Source: a virus | Taxonomy: Duplodnaviria; Caudoviricetes | Length of the DNA stretch: 64,000 nt | Virus record (IMG/VR): IMGVR_UViG_3300032030_004230 | Reading direction: 5' to 3' (one strand) | Shown here: positions 28,638 to 38,110 of the stretch, piece by piece | Numbering within the stretch: the first letter of the stretch is position 1 | Layout of the letters: every line of letters starts with the position of its first letter | The notes under the pieces: model-generated | Databases searched by the model: none | Told to the model about the DNA's origin: nothing | The model's input: only the letters and a program-made list of their open reading frames with translations | Program-made: the position numbers and the translations under genes

Positions 28638-29455
28638 ACTATGTCGTACTCCCTGTTCATCTCTTCTCTAGACAAAACATGAATAAAAGGCTGCCCATCT
28701 TCAGTGTAATCTACATAATGGAAATTATTGATCCTGAACTCCATAAAGTAGTCAATAAGATCATACTTATCACCAAAGTCTTTCTCATCTGGTGCAGTAA
28801 ACTGCACTTCTGTACGAGTATGTGACTTAGTTTTGTAGCCGTCATACCCATTGAAGTCTTTGTTATTTGTAACTATAAGTTCTGGTAACTGAGACTGCAG
28901 CCACTTATAAAACTCATCTACATTTGTAGACGTAAGAACGAAGCCATTCAATTCCTGAGGCTTACGCTGCAATTTAATTGTTCCAGACGGCTGATTCTTT
29001 GTATTGACTTCTTTCGCTCTAAGCTCAAAGTGCCAGCCACTCCAGTCCATTGTTTCTTCTATAGAGAAATACGGTGAATACTGCCACTGTGCAGTATATG
29101 AGATAGTATGGGGCTTTCCGTTAATGTTGCAAACACCAATTTCATCACCAAATGACTTTGTTTCTACGCACTTTTCCTGGTCATTTTCAATGATCTCGCC
29201 GTCATATTGAGCTTCTCTGAAGTAATCCCAAATTTCATCTTCATAGTCATCTCCACAGTCATCAGCAATTTCTTCAATACACTCGCAAAATTCATTAGTT
29301 TCGATAGAGCGTACACCAAAATGCTCAAGCATGTATTTGAAGAAATTAGCAAGAGCTGGGTTGTCTTCTGCTTCATTAATTACAATATTATCCAATTTCT
29401 TCAAATTGGCAAATTCAACATGATGCATAATTGCTGCAGCAGTTTTCACATCCAT
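28634..29455 (-). CDS. hypothetical acidic protein
   Basis: AGGAG SD. Confidence 0.75.
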   Translation of the reverse strand: MDVKTAAAIMHHVEFANLKKLDNIVINEAEDNPALANFFKYMLEHFGVRSIETNEFCECIEEIADDCGDDYEDEIWDYFREAQYDGEIIENDQEKCVETKSFGDEIGVCNINGKPHTISYTAQWQYSPYFSIEETMDWSGWHFELRAKEVNTKNQPSGTIKLQRKPQELNGFVLTSTNVDEFYKWLQSQLPELIVTNNKDFNGYDGYKTKSHTRTEVQFTAPDEKDFGDKYDLIDYFMEFRINNFHYVDYTEDGQPFIHVLSREEMNREYDIV

Positions 29456-30279
29456 TACTGTTCTCCTATAGTTTGCAAAATATGCTCAATGTAATCTCTA
29501 TTCTGAGCAAAGATCGGAATGTCTTTATCAATTTCCCAGCGAGAGCGATTAAGCTTTTCGTCCCAAACATGAATTACACAAGTTCCGCGTTTTTCAACAG
29601 TTTTGCAGTCATTCCAATTGATATTCTTTTCGAGCATCAATTTATCCTGAAGTTGTGAATTGTTCAAGCCCTGAATTTGCTTCTGTGAGAAATTTGCCTG
29701 TGCTAGTCCCTGGATAGAATTACGAGTTGCATCATTCTGACGCCAAATAAAATAATTCGTAACTTCTTCTTTTGGAATATTGAAACAACGAGCATCAAAA
29801 TATCCGCCGAGATCTACTTTTTTAGTCAGAACATTGTTGTAGTATCTCTCATTATCATCTTCATGCCAGTTATCTTCTACGTACTTTTCGTAGAATTCTT
29901 GAGCTTGCTCAGCCCATCTCTTATTAAAATACATTGCGGCCATAGATGCTGCTACAGAGCAAATTTTCTGAACTTGATAGTCAAACCATGCTGCAGTTTG
30001 CAATGTGTCATAGTCTGTAATGAGAAGCGAAATCTCATCGCTTTCTACATAACCAATTTTGCAGCCCTGAATGTTCTCACACAAGTCTTTGCATGTAAGC
30101 TGCATTGTCTTGATAAATATTTCATCGTAAGGCTTTCTTAAGCCTCTTGTAAATGTGTGGAAGTGACATCCGTCAATGCGTATAATTACATTTGACCGAC
30201 GAGTCAAATATGAGCGAGAACGCGCTTCATAGTATTCTTTCATTCGTTGACCGAGTGCACTTTTCTCAGTTGATGACAT
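29455..30279 (-). CDS. thg1: tRNA(His) guanylyltransferase Thg1 / Thg1-like protein (start revised to MSSTEK)
   Basis: RMKEYYE, IIRIDGCHFHTFT, YVESDEISL, QKICS, FDARCF, YFIWRQNDATRNSI, KRG. Confidence 0.92.
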   Translation of the reverse strand: MSSTEKSALGQRMKEYYEARSRSYLTRRSNVIIRIDGCHFHTFTRGLRKPYDEIFIKTMQLTCKDLCENIQGCKIGYVESDEISLLITDYDTLQTAAWFDYQVQKICSVAASMAAMYFNKRWAEQAQEFYEKYVEDNWHEDDNERYYNNVLTKKVDLGGYFDARCFNIPKEEVTNYFIWRQNDATRNSIQGLAQANFSQKQIQGLNNSQLQDKLMLEKNINWNDCKTVEKRGTCVIHVWDEKLNRSRWEIDKDIPIFAQNRDYIEHILQTIGEQ

Positions 30280-30301
30280 AAGAAATCTCCTTCTATTAAG
30301 T

Positions 30302-30313
30302 AATAATATAATA
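30302..30313 (-). promoter_or_regulatory. putative phage promoter motif TATTATATTATT
   Basis: Exact motif copy upstream of the thg1 SD. Confidence 0.65.
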
Positions 30314-30333
30314 ATTAACAAAGATGCATTTTG

Positions 30334-30516
30334 TTAAAATTCATCATTTTCGTCAAAACACTCTTCTTGAAAAACAGCAGTTGCATCATCTGTCTTATAG
30401 ATTGCTTTTGCTTTCATTATAGCATCTTCTAAAGAATCTGCAGTGATTGTAGTAGACTTAGACTTTGCCAAATCTAGGTTTCCGTCAAGTATTGTGAAGT
30501 AAAACATTAAGCACAA
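30334..30516 (-). CDS. hypothetical protein
   Basis: GAGGAG SD; start may be at 30507. Confidence 0.55.
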   Translation of the reverse strand: MCLMFYFTILDGNLDLAKSKSTTITADSLEDAIMKAKAIYKTDDATAVFQEECFDENDEF

Positions 30517-30522
30517 TCTCCT

Positions 30523-30981
30523 CTATAGATAGCAAACTACTACATTAAAGTCTGCAAATATCTCTTCAATCATTGGCTTTACTCTATTCCAATCTAACTT
30601 ATCGAGGCCGCAGCCAATTCGTGGCATTACAATCTTCTTTGGAAGCTTTTCAAATTCTCCAAAATAAGATAAAGCATGGCACAAGGAATTTTTTAGCGTT
30701 TGATATGTTGGCTTTTGCCAATATTTATTTTTTGTGACAAGATTGAAAACAATATTATCTTTATCAGCAGGAGTTATAATACAGATTCCACAAGTATTGA
30801 AAAAAGAATTCTCATCACGCAGCATTAGAGAAATAGGCCAATTTTCTCGTATATGAAACTTTTCTTGCATGGGCTTTGCAATGCCAGCACCCATTTTCAA
30901 ATCTGCTGAAATGCAATGAAAAATGCAGCATGGTTCTTTTTCAATCTCTTCAAATAAATCAATTTGCTTTTCTGTTATCAT
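30523..30981 (-). CDS. macrodomain protein (Poa1p/TARG1-like ADP-ribose hydrolase)
   Basis: HCISADLKMGAGIAK, FNLVTK..YW.KPTY, MPRIGCGLDKLDW. Confidence 0.9.
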   Translation of the reverse strand: MITEKQIDLFEEIEKEPCCIFHCISADLKMGAGIAKPMQEKFHIRENWPISLMLRDENSFFNTCGICIITPADKDNIVFNLVTKNKYWQKPTYQTLKNSLCHALSYFGEFEKLPKKIVMPRIGCGLDKLDWNRVKPMIEEIFADFNVVVCYL

Positions 30982-31027
30982 TTTTAGCCTCTGCTCTGCA
31001 TAAGTTAAGCCAGCTTTAAAAGTGCAT

Positions 31028-31258
31028 TTATGCTAGCATTTCTTCTAGTTGAGCTTTAACTTTTACAATTTCACCACCATTGAGACTGCAAAAGTTCTTA
31101 GCTATGTATTGTTCAGCTAAACAGCTAGGATAGCATTCTGTAGTCCAAGCATTGCTATAGAAATCCCAGTATTGAGTTGCGCTATCCTGACCAATTCGCT
31201 TTACAGCATAACGAATGTAGTTATTTTTCATTAATTTTCTCCGCGTAGAACTCTTCAT
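31028..31258 (-). CDS. hypothetical protein (start may be MKNNY)
   Basis: Packed ORF. Confidence 0.6.
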   Translation of the reverse strand: MKSSTRRKLMKNNYIRYAVKRIGQDSATQYWDFYSNAWTTECYPSCLAEQYIAKNFCSLNGGEIVKVKAQLEEMLA

Positions 31259-31811
31259 ACTTATCGAGCAATGCTAAAGCATCTGCCATAGTTGCGAAGA
31301 AAGTCGCTGCTTTGCGAGCTTTTTGAGCTAAGTTATTATCTTGTAGCATCTTGTCTGGAAGCCAATTTCCATTTTTGTCTCTGCACACTCTGCTGCTAAC
31401 AGTCTCTGAGTACTCAAAAGCATCTTTGCTCTCATACTTCATGCCAGCTGCTTCGCATTCTCTGGCAATTCTTCCAGCAGCTGCATTCATGTCATGTATC
31501 AATGAAGGATCACCCAAAAATGTTAGCACAGAGTCATAATGATTACGAACATTCAAAAGTTTGTCTTCTAGAATGTTACGAGCTTTGCGTGCTTCAGGAC
31601 ATTTCGGAAGCTCTCTGAGTATCTCTTCTTTTGAGATTTCTACGATTTCGTAGGGCCCGTCTTTGAAAATGTCTGGACGGCACTCAATCAATTCTTGCGG
31701 TTTTGTTTCATCATCATAGAGATCTGCCTTAGACAAGTACGAATCAAAGCCATAGAAGCCGTAGTATTCGTTATGCTTGTCTTTGATTGCATACTTTACC
31801 ATATACACCAC
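31221..31811 (-). CDS. hypothetical protein
   Basis: GAGGAG SD. Confidence 0.7.
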   Translation of the reverse strand: MVYMVKYAIKDKHNEYYGFYGFDSYLSKADLYDDETKPQELIECRPDIFKDGPYEIVEISKEEILRELPKCPEARKARNILEDKLLNVRNHYDSVLTFLGDPSLIHDMNAAAGRIARECEAAGMKYESKDAFEYSETVSSRVCRDKNGNWLPDKMLQDNNLAQKARKAATFFATMADALALLDKYEEFYAEKINEK

Positions 31812-32158
31812 TCCTCATCATTACCTTTACAAAGGCAGTCAAACTCATACAAAATTTGGCTTGATATCTCTTCAACCTGCTCGCGTTTTGTATTAAGCAT
31901 CTCCCAAATCTCTTTTGTCTCTTCCGAGGTAAGCTTGCATTCAAATGGGTCATTTGCCCATTTCTTGAATGACTCAGGAAGATTTTCTGGAAACTCATAT
32001 TTCAGAGGCTTTTCCATAAAGTATTCGATCAAGTTACACTCTTCTTGAGGTTTGCGATTAGTTATCATTTTGCCGCCAAACAATTCAACAATGCCTTTTA
32101 TCTCATCATTAAAACGAGGATAAGAAGCTGAGCCCGCGTATTGAAAATCCATTCCCAT
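31796..32158 (-). CDS. hypothetical protein
   Basis: GGAG SD. Confidence 0.7.
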   Translation of the reverse strand: MGMDFQYAGSASYPRFNDEIKGIVELFGGKMITNRKPQEECNLIEYFMEKPLKYEFPENLPESFKKWANDPFECKLTSEETKEIWEMLNTKREQVEEISSQILYEFDCLCKGNDEEWCIW

Positions 32159-32161
32159 AAT

Positions 32162-32545
32162 TTAATCTCCAAATCTTCTGCCTTTTACAACAAAATAAGA
32201 GCCAATGCAATTCTTTTCATGCTCAAAAATAAGCTGCTCTTCATAGTCTTTGTTGTCCCAGTTTTCAACCATCAAAATCTTTTTCCAGAAAAACTCGAAT
32301 GCTTCGTCCCATTCAGTAAACCAATCAAAAATTTCCATGGCACAAGAATTAAGAGCGTAAGAACTGGCATCCCAACGAGAAGTTGAAATAGCAAGATAGC
32401 CACGAGAGTAGACAATTGTCCCAAGAATAAAATCATCATCACTGCTGTCTGTTTCTTTGAAGTCAAAAGCTGGAATATGAGCGCATTTATAGATTACATC
32501 TTCAATCTCTGCATGCAATTTTTCTTTAAACACTTCTTTAATCAT
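32162..32545 (-). CDS. hypothetical protein
   Basis: AGGAG SD. Confidence 0.7.
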   Translation of the reverse strand: MIKEVFKEKLHAEIEDVIYKCAHIPAFDFKETDSSDDDFILGTIVYSRGYLAISTSRWDASSYALNSCAMEIFDWFTEWDEAFEFFWKKILMVENWDNKDYEEQLIFEHEKNCIGSYFVVKGRRFGD

Positions 32546-32850
32546 TATAGCTCTCCTTTCTCTTCAAGTTCAATGTATTCCTCAATTGAAGCAATGTCAA
32601 TATGAGTGTAGAAACGATCACCATGTTCATCTTCATAAACCATCGGGCGAAAGCCATCTTTTTCTACTCTTTCATCATAGCAAACACCAATTGGCGTACA
32701 GTCAGGATGCTCAGCTCGCCATGTGCTCATCTGATTGTAAAGTGATTGCATGAGAAAGCGATTATCAGCATCATGGTGGCCAATATTTTCAAAGTCAATT
32801 CTGCCCTCAATAAAATAAAAATCATCTTTGATCTTTCCCATTAGCATCAC
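32545..32850 (-). CDS. hypothetical protein
   Basis: Packed ORF; start may be MGKIK. Confidence 0.65.
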   Translation of the reverse strand: MMLMGKIKDDFYFIEGRIDFENIGHHDADNRFLMQSLYNQMSTWRAEHPDCTPIGVCYDERVEKDGFRPMVYEDEHGDRFYTHIDIASIEEYIELEEKGEL

Positions 32851-33016
32851 CTTTTACACGATAAGGAAAATCACAGCCTTCATTTACCTTGACTGTGTCA
32901 GCATCCATCCAATGAGCTTCTGAACTCCCTCCGCCTGCACAATGTATTTCTACAGATTTGCCTTCAGCATAGGCTTTAAGCACTGGCCAAATTTTAGATG
33001 CATCTTCTCTAGTCAT
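32822..33016 (-). CDS. hypothetical protein
   Basis: LKAYAEGKSVE...W...YRVK, a common small phage protein pattern. Confidence 0.65.
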   Translation of the reverse strand: MTREDASKIWPVLKAYAEGKSVEIHCAGGGSSEAHWMDADTVKVNEGCDFPYRVKGDANGKDQR

Positions 33017-33072
33017 TCTTTTACTAGTCCCTGCTCTCTACACTAAACTCTAGTTTTTAAAGATTAACTCTA

Positions 33073-33381
33073 TTATTCAATATAATCAATCTTCCAATCA
33101 CCATCTTCAACGCCATATTCAGAATCAAGAATTTCCAAAGAGCCCGGGTCAAACATATTATTAGCTGTTTCTTTAACTTTTTCTACAAATTCTGGATCAG
33201 CTTTCAATGATTCCTTGGTTGCGTCATCTGGGACTTCTAAAGTGAACCTCTTTGTTGCACTTACACAAAACCCGTCTGGGCCTGTTGTGTCTCCAAAATC
33301 TGGATCGTCATCATCTTCCCAGCTATCCCAAGCTACAGAAGTCCAACCTGACAGTTCTGCTGTGATGTGCGCTTTCTTCAT
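33073..33381 (-). CDS. hypothetical acidic protein
   Basis: AAGGAG SD. Confidence 0.7.
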   Translation of the reverse strand: MKKAHITAELSGWTSVAWDSWEDDDDPDFGDTTGPDGFCVSATKRFTLEVPDDATKESLKADPEFVEKVKETANNMFDPGSLEILDSEYGVEDGDWKIDYIE

Positions 33382-33383
33382 AT

Positions 33384-33569
33384 TTAACTCCTTTTAACTA
33401 AACTTGCTCTTGCACTTACTGAAACAATTGGAGAAGTTTTTGGTCTAAACAAATCTTTATAAATCCACTCTTGCTTTTCTTCGTCATAGCTGTATGGCTC
33501 GCACATTCTGCTGCAGCATGTACAATCAAAAGGAGCTCCTGAGCAATCTTCGTAACAATTATCACTCAT
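33384..33569 (-). CDS. small Cys-rich protein
   Basis: Six Cys in the first 23 aa; AGGAG SD. Confidence 0.6.
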   Translation of the reverse strand: MSDNCYEDCSGAPFDCTCCSRMCEPYSYDEEKQEWIYKDLFRPKTSPIVSVSARASLVKRS

Positions 33570-33817
33570 TAGATATATCTCCTTTTAGGAACAAGAATAG
33601 CACTACGGCCATTAGGGCTTGCGTGCTTTACCAATTCCATGTAGGCATTAAGAAATCTTAAGGCTGATTCTACATCAGATTTTGCACAATTAAACTCTAC
33701 ATCTTCACCACAAAGGCCACATTGAATATCTTCAAGGATATCATTGGCTTCTTCCAAATGCTTTTTGACTTGCTTGAATTTATTAAGCTTTTCAGCAACC
33801 TGTTTTTTATAAGCCAT
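33569..33817 (-). CDS. hypothetical protein
   Basis: GGAGG SD. Confidence 0.7.
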   Translation of the reverse strand: MAYKKQVAEKLNKFKQVKKHLEEANDILEDIQCGLCGEDVEFNCAKSDVESALRFLNAYMELVKHASPNGRSAILVPKRRYI

Positions 33818-33927
33818 ATTTTGTACCTCCGTCTAATAATCTTTACTTTTTCATAATCTGAGATGCAAGTTTCTGTCCAACTTATATTCTTTACTTCAGT
33901 CAGCTTGCTCTTTTCTTTCAGCATTTG

Positions 33928-34212
33928 TCATTTTACTGTCTCCATTTCTTTTGCAGCTTTTCGTAGCTTGCACAAATCTTTGATTTCATGCTCAAGTTCA
34001 ATAATGTCTCTCTGATTGCTGTAAGGTGAAGCACCACCACGACAGTAACCAACTGTTTTCTTGATGTAACGAAGACGCGCACGAAGTAAGTTGATTTCTT
34101 TTACGTATTCTGCATAAGATTTTCTGACAACCAAAATTTCACTATCATCATAAGTTTCTTTTGCAGCTCTTTCTGCATCCTGGCAGAGCTCTTCAACATC
34201 ATTTTGTAGCAT
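33928..34212 (-). CDS. hypothetical protein
   Basis: GGAGG SD. Confidence 0.7.
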   Translation of the reverse strand: MLQNDVEELCQDAERAAKETYDDSEILVVRKSYAEYVKEINLLRARLRYIKKTVGYCRGGASPYSNQRDIIELEHEIKDLCKLRKAAKEMETVK

Positions 34213-34214
34213 AA

Positions 34215-34682
34215 TTATTCCTCCAGTTTTTTGTATTTTTCATTAAGACTACGTTCAAGGTTTTTAAATTCCAAAGCAAGTACATTCAATGCTTGATTAA
34301 GATTTTGCTGCTCAGTCTTAAGCTTTTTATGAAATTTCTCACCGTATTTAATAAGCTCTTTATAAAAGAGACTCATAGCATAACTTAATGTTGCACTAGA
34401 AGGCAAACAATCACTGTCCCAAATGTCCATAGCTGGTGAATAATATTCATGTTTTTCTTTTAATGTGCGAATAGAAATAGGATAGTTTTTGCCAACTCTA
34501 ACTTTTGCGCATTCCTGCTCTCTATACCAGAAATTAAGATCAAATTTAGACTGTTCCAGCTCTTTGTTAAGCTTATTTAGCTTTTCAGTTGTTTTAACAA
34601 AGTTTTCATAAAGAGCATCATAGTTATGGCGCTCGTCTTCTGACATACTCTGCCAGACTCCAGAGTTCAAATGACACTTCAT
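34215..34682 (-). CDS. hypothetical coiled-coil protein
   Basis: Packed ORF. Confidence 0.7.
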   Translation of the reverse strand: MKCHLNSGVWQSMSEDERHNYDALYENFVKTTEKLNKLNKELEQSKFDLNFWYREQECAKVRVGKNYPISIRTLKEKHEYYSPAMDIWDSDCLPSSATLSYAMSLFYKELIKYGEKFHKKLKTEQQNLNQALNVLALEFKNLERSLNEKYKKLEE

Positions 34683-34957
34683 AGACCTTCTCCTTCATTA
34701 TCACACTGAGCTGAGTCATAGCCTTCATTGTAGCCAATTTGATGAATTTCATCATAAACCATTCTTACAAAATTATTGAGTGTTGAGCTATAAGTCTCAT
34801 AGTCTAATTGTCTGCTCCTATCGATTGCTCGAATAAGCTCATTTGTGCAATTTGCAAGCCAAAGCTTAACTTTGTCTTCTTCGTCTGCAGGAAGCATTCC
34901 CCATTTAGCTTCAACATGTGGACAATCTAAATACTTAATTTCTAATGGCATTTGCAA
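34679..34957 (-). CDS. hypothetical protein
   Basis: AAGGAG SD. Confidence 0.65.
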   Translation of the reverse strand: MQMPLEIKYLDCPHVEAKWGMLPADEEDKVKLWLANCTNELIRAIDRSRQLDYETYSSTLNNFVRMVYDEIHQIGYNEGYDSAQCDNEGEGL

Positions 34958-35312
34958 GCTCCTTAGTATTTTCTACTTCTGCATCTATAATATAGACTCT
35001 AACCCTTGTTTCAAGAGCATGACGAAGTTGGTGTGGTTCCCAGTCTTTTGGAAGATTTTTAAGGAACCGATGAATGTCTGTCAAAACGCCCCAAGACGCA
35101 TCATCAGCATAATCATATGACATGCTTCCATTTGGAAGAATATGCTCATGAAGAATAACTGTTCGAGGTATGCAGTTTGCAAATGGCCACAGCATAGACT
35201 CTGAAAGTGGAACATCAGAAAGAGCGATATTGATTTCGTATCTGTCAAAAATACTCTTCACTGTTTGATCTTCACGAGTATGGAAATGATTCTTAACATT
35301 GAACTCTATCAT
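34935..35312 (-). CDS. hypothetical protein
   Basis: AAGGAG SD, downstream of promoter motif. Confidence 0.7.
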   Translation of the reverse strand: MIEFNVKNHFHTREDQTVKSIFDRYEINIALSDVPLSESMLWPFANCIPRTVILHEHILPNGSMSYDYADDASWGVLTDIHRFLKNLPKDWEPHQLRHALETRVRVYIIDAEVENTKELANAIRN

Positions 35313-35336
35313 ACTGATTATTTGCTCCTTGACAAT

Positions 35337-35348
35337 AATAATATAATA
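35337..35348 (-). promoter_or_regulatory. putative phage promoter motif TATTATATTATT
   Basis: Exact motif copy. Confidence 0.65.
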
Positions 35349-35370
35349 AAAAGTTCAAAGTTTTTTAAAA

Positions 35371-35400
35371 AGAAAAAGCTCTCTTGTTAAGAGAGAGCTT
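35371..35400 (-). terminator. rho-independent terminator
   Basis: AAGCTCTCT...AGAGAGCTT hairpin with T tract on the - strand. Confidence 0.65.
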
Positions 35401-35425
35401 CTGCAAAATGTAGTCTCTAGATTCT

Positions 35426-36370
35426 CTATTCGAAATCTTCTTTGTTTACAACTTCAACAACAAACTTTCCGTACTGAAGAGTTCCTGGACATGGAAGGAA
35501 TGACTGATTAGTCTTTTCCCACTCATCAAACCACCGGAATTGTGACTGCTCAGTAAAGTCTTTTGTTGAAATTTTATTCAAGTTCCAGACAACAAGCTGA
35601 GTGAACTGTGTAATTGGGTCTGGAAATTTTGGGCCCTCAAAAGTTTCCTTTTTACGAACATTGTCAGCCCAGTATCTCATGCCTTCACGATGTGCAAGAA
35701 CGTGGAAACCACCTGAAGTTCGAATAATTGCAACATTGCTTTTTCCGTAGAGAACATTTCCACAAGTTCGAAGTGTGTTCATAACAGTTTCGATTTTTTC
35801 TGGATCAGCTTTTACGCCTTCAGAGAAGTCAAAGTCAAACTGTGTCCAAAGATGACGACTGATATTTACAGCACGGCAAGTTTTCTTGTGTGTATCAAGA
35901 GTTCGCAATTTGAAGAGCTGCTCTTGAATTCCGTCTTTAGACATGTTTGTGCATGCATTGATGAGGTCATTCAAAATGCCATTTGTGAATGTCATGCTGT
36001 CCATTGCAACTTTGTGTTCATCAGACGGATTTACATAGAAGTAAAGAACCAAGCTTTCCTGCGGATAAGGGTCACCCGACTTTGTAACCATTCCCTCATA
36101 AGGACATTCATAACGATAGATAAAAGACTTGAAATAGTTGAAGTCCCAAAGTTTTTCTTTACCGCGAGTCGTTACAACCTGTTCTCTCATCATCTCTCCA
36201 CGACCAAGCTGGATACGTGCTCTTTCTTCTGGAGAAACTTTCTTTGCTCGTGAAGAGATACACATAAGATAACTTTCATTAATTTCAGGTTTTACAAGAA
36301 TATGATCGAAAAACCATTTAAGCTCTTCTTCATCTCCTAAAAATGAATAATGTTTCTTTTCAAATTCCAT
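35426..36370 (-). CDS. putative archaeo-eukaryotic primase (AEP)-like protein (start revised to MEFEK)
   Basis: WTQFDFD (hhhDhD) and RTSGGFHVL (SxGhH) in AEP order; AGGAG SD. Confidence 0.45.
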   Translation of the reverse strand: MEFEKKHYSFLGDEEELKWFFDHILVKPEINESYLMCISSRAKKVSPEERARIQLGRGEMMREQVVTTRGKEKLWDFNYFKSFIYRYECPYEGMVTKSGDPYPQESLVLYFYVNPSDEHKVAMDSMTFTNGILNDLINACTNMSKDGIQEQLFKLRTLDTHKKTCRAVNISRHLWTQFDFDFSEGVKADPEKIETVMNTLRTCGNVLYGKSNVAIIRTSGGFHVLAHREGMRYWADNVRKKETFEGPKFPDPITQFTQLVVWNLNKISTKDFTEQSQFRWFDEWEKTNQSFLPCPGTLQYGKFVVEVVNKEDFE

Positions 36371-36383
36371 AAAGCATCTCCTT

Positions 36384-36755
36384 CTATTTCCAAATTCCCT
36401 CAAAAGTGACAGGCTTTAATTCACCTTTTTTAGCTCTCTTGCCAGTGTCAAATAAAGAGCTCTCAACTCTGACAATCTTTAAGTCTTTAATCGGTAAGTC
36501 CTTCACTTTTGCAATCTTATCTCTAAACTTCAAAGCAGTCTCAATATAATGCATTCGTCTAGGCCCTACATGAAAGCAACCACGAGCTTTTGTATATGCA
36601 CTAGGACTGAAAATGCCAAACTCACCTTCATAATTAGCACCTGGTCCAAAGTCATGATAAAACTTGACATGATGCAAATCTGAATCATTTATCAAGATGT
36701 AAAAAGGCGGCTCTAAAGATTTTCTCATTTTAAAGTCCTCCTGCAAAATGGGCAT
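36384..36755 (-). CDS. hypothetical protein
   Basis: GGAGG SD before MRKSL (probable true start). Confidence 0.65.
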   Translation of the reverse strand: MPILQEDFKMRKSLEPPFYILINDSDLHHVKFYHDFGPGANYEGEFGIFSPSAYTKARGCFHVGPRRMHYIETALKFRDKIAKVKDLPIKDLKIVRVESSLFDTGKRAKKGELKPVTFEGIWK

Positions 36756-37127
36756 TTGTCACCAGGCTTACCAAATCCTTTCCAACAATATCCACAATGA
36801 ACGTATTTCATTTGCTATACTCGTTGACTGTTTTTGCTACAATTTCACAAATGTCTTCATAAGAAAAGCCCATCCTTAAAGCGCATTTGAGCGAATCTTC
36901 AAGATTCTTTTTTGCAAGGTCCTTGAACTGCGACTTTAGTGCATCAGATAGCTCTTTCTTAGGCATTTTCATCTCCTGCAGAAATGTACATGAAATAAAT
37001 AAACAATTCTGCAATTAAAGTTGATACCGACCAGCTTGCAAACTTCTGCATTGGAAGAGTGAAGTTCAATGCACTGAGAATAAGCTCAATTACTGGAACA
37101 AGAATTGCTACTGTTGGAAAAAATCTT

Positions 37128-37415
37128 TTAAGCATTTTCTGCCTCATAAATCTTAACAAAGTAAGTTTTTCCATCTACATGCTCAAGTGATGCTTCGCAA
37201 GGAACGCCAGACCGCATGCTAACTGCAAATGCTGCAATAATACGAGCAGCTTCACCAGAATCTGTGCCTTTAGGTACAGCAATGATTCTCTGAGCTTTCT
37301 TAATTTGGTCTGTACGCATTTTAACCATAATGTAGCCATCACGGAAAATGTCTACATCGTCAAAAAAGCCAGTCTTAAGAAGTGACATTCCAGCATCAGT
37401 AACATCTTTGAACAT
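37128..37415 (-). CDS. hypothetical protein
   Basis: AAGGAG SD. Confidence 0.7.
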   Translation of the reverse strand: MFKDVTDAGMSLLKTGFFDDVDIFRDGYIMVKMRTDQIKKAQRIIAVPKGTDSGEAARIIAAFAVSMRSGVPCEASLEHVDGKTYFVKIYEAENA

Positions 37416-37430
37416 CTAGAAAACTCCTTA

Positions 37431-37637
37431 TCACCAAAATGCATTTTGATTAGCTGCTTCCTGAGCTCTCTTCAATGCATTTACTTCTGTATCAAGATCT
37501 TCGATCTTGTCAACCATTCTCTCCAAAACTTTTACAAGCAAGTCTTTCTTTTGTTCTACATCAAATCCTTTGTCTAGCTCATCAGAAAGCTTGTTTATAG
37601 CAGTTCTTATGTCTTCAATTGTTGTCACTCTTTGCAA
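37431..37637 (-). CDS. hypothetical coiled-coil protein
   Basis: Packed ORF. Confidence 0.6.
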   Translation of the reverse strand: MQRVTTIEDIRTAINKLSDELDKGFDVEQKKDLLVKVLERMVDKIEDLDTEVNALKRAQEAANQNAFW

Positions 37638-37764
37638 CTCCCCTTCTTTTCACTGAAGCAACTATGAAAAGTCAGGCCAAGAATAAAAGCCAGAATAACT
37701 GCAATTGACATTATTGCAACTCCAAGCATCTGCGGTGTTATAATAATCATAAAAGTTTCTCCTT

Positions 37765-38040
37765 TTAGATACGAGCTTCACAAAGCATACCAGCAATAGT
37801 AGCTGCATCTGCATCAACAAACCAATTCTGACCAAAGTCGATAGCAAGTCTTCCTTTATGACCAGCAATAGTAGCAACAGGCCAGTACATTGTAGGCTGA
37901 CCCTTGTCCCATTCACCACCATCATTTTTTGCATATTTGCGGTCAATGAAGTAAATCTGTTCTACGCCTTTGTCATTGGTAAAGAATTCTGCTCCCCAGC
38001 GTTTTGTAAGTGGTATGTAAGTGACATTTGTCTTTGTCAT
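37765..38040 (-). CDS. hypothetical protein, first gene of the long - strand block
   Basis: GGAGG SD, promoter motif upstream. Confidence 0.75.
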   Translation of the reverse strand: MTKTNVTYIPLTKRWGAEFFTNDKGVEQIYFIDRKYAKNDGGEWDKGQPTMYWPVATIAGHKGRLAIDFGQNWFVDADAATIAGMLCEARI

Positions 38041-38065
38041 AAATTAACCTCCAGTAGAAGATGAT

Positions 38066-38077
38066 AATAATATAATA
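38066..38077 (-). promoter_or_regulatory. putative phage promoter motif TATTATATTATT
   Basis: Exact motif copy. Confidence 0.65.
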
Positions 38078-38110
38078 GCTTATAGAGAAATATTTTAAAT
38101 CTTTTTAAGT

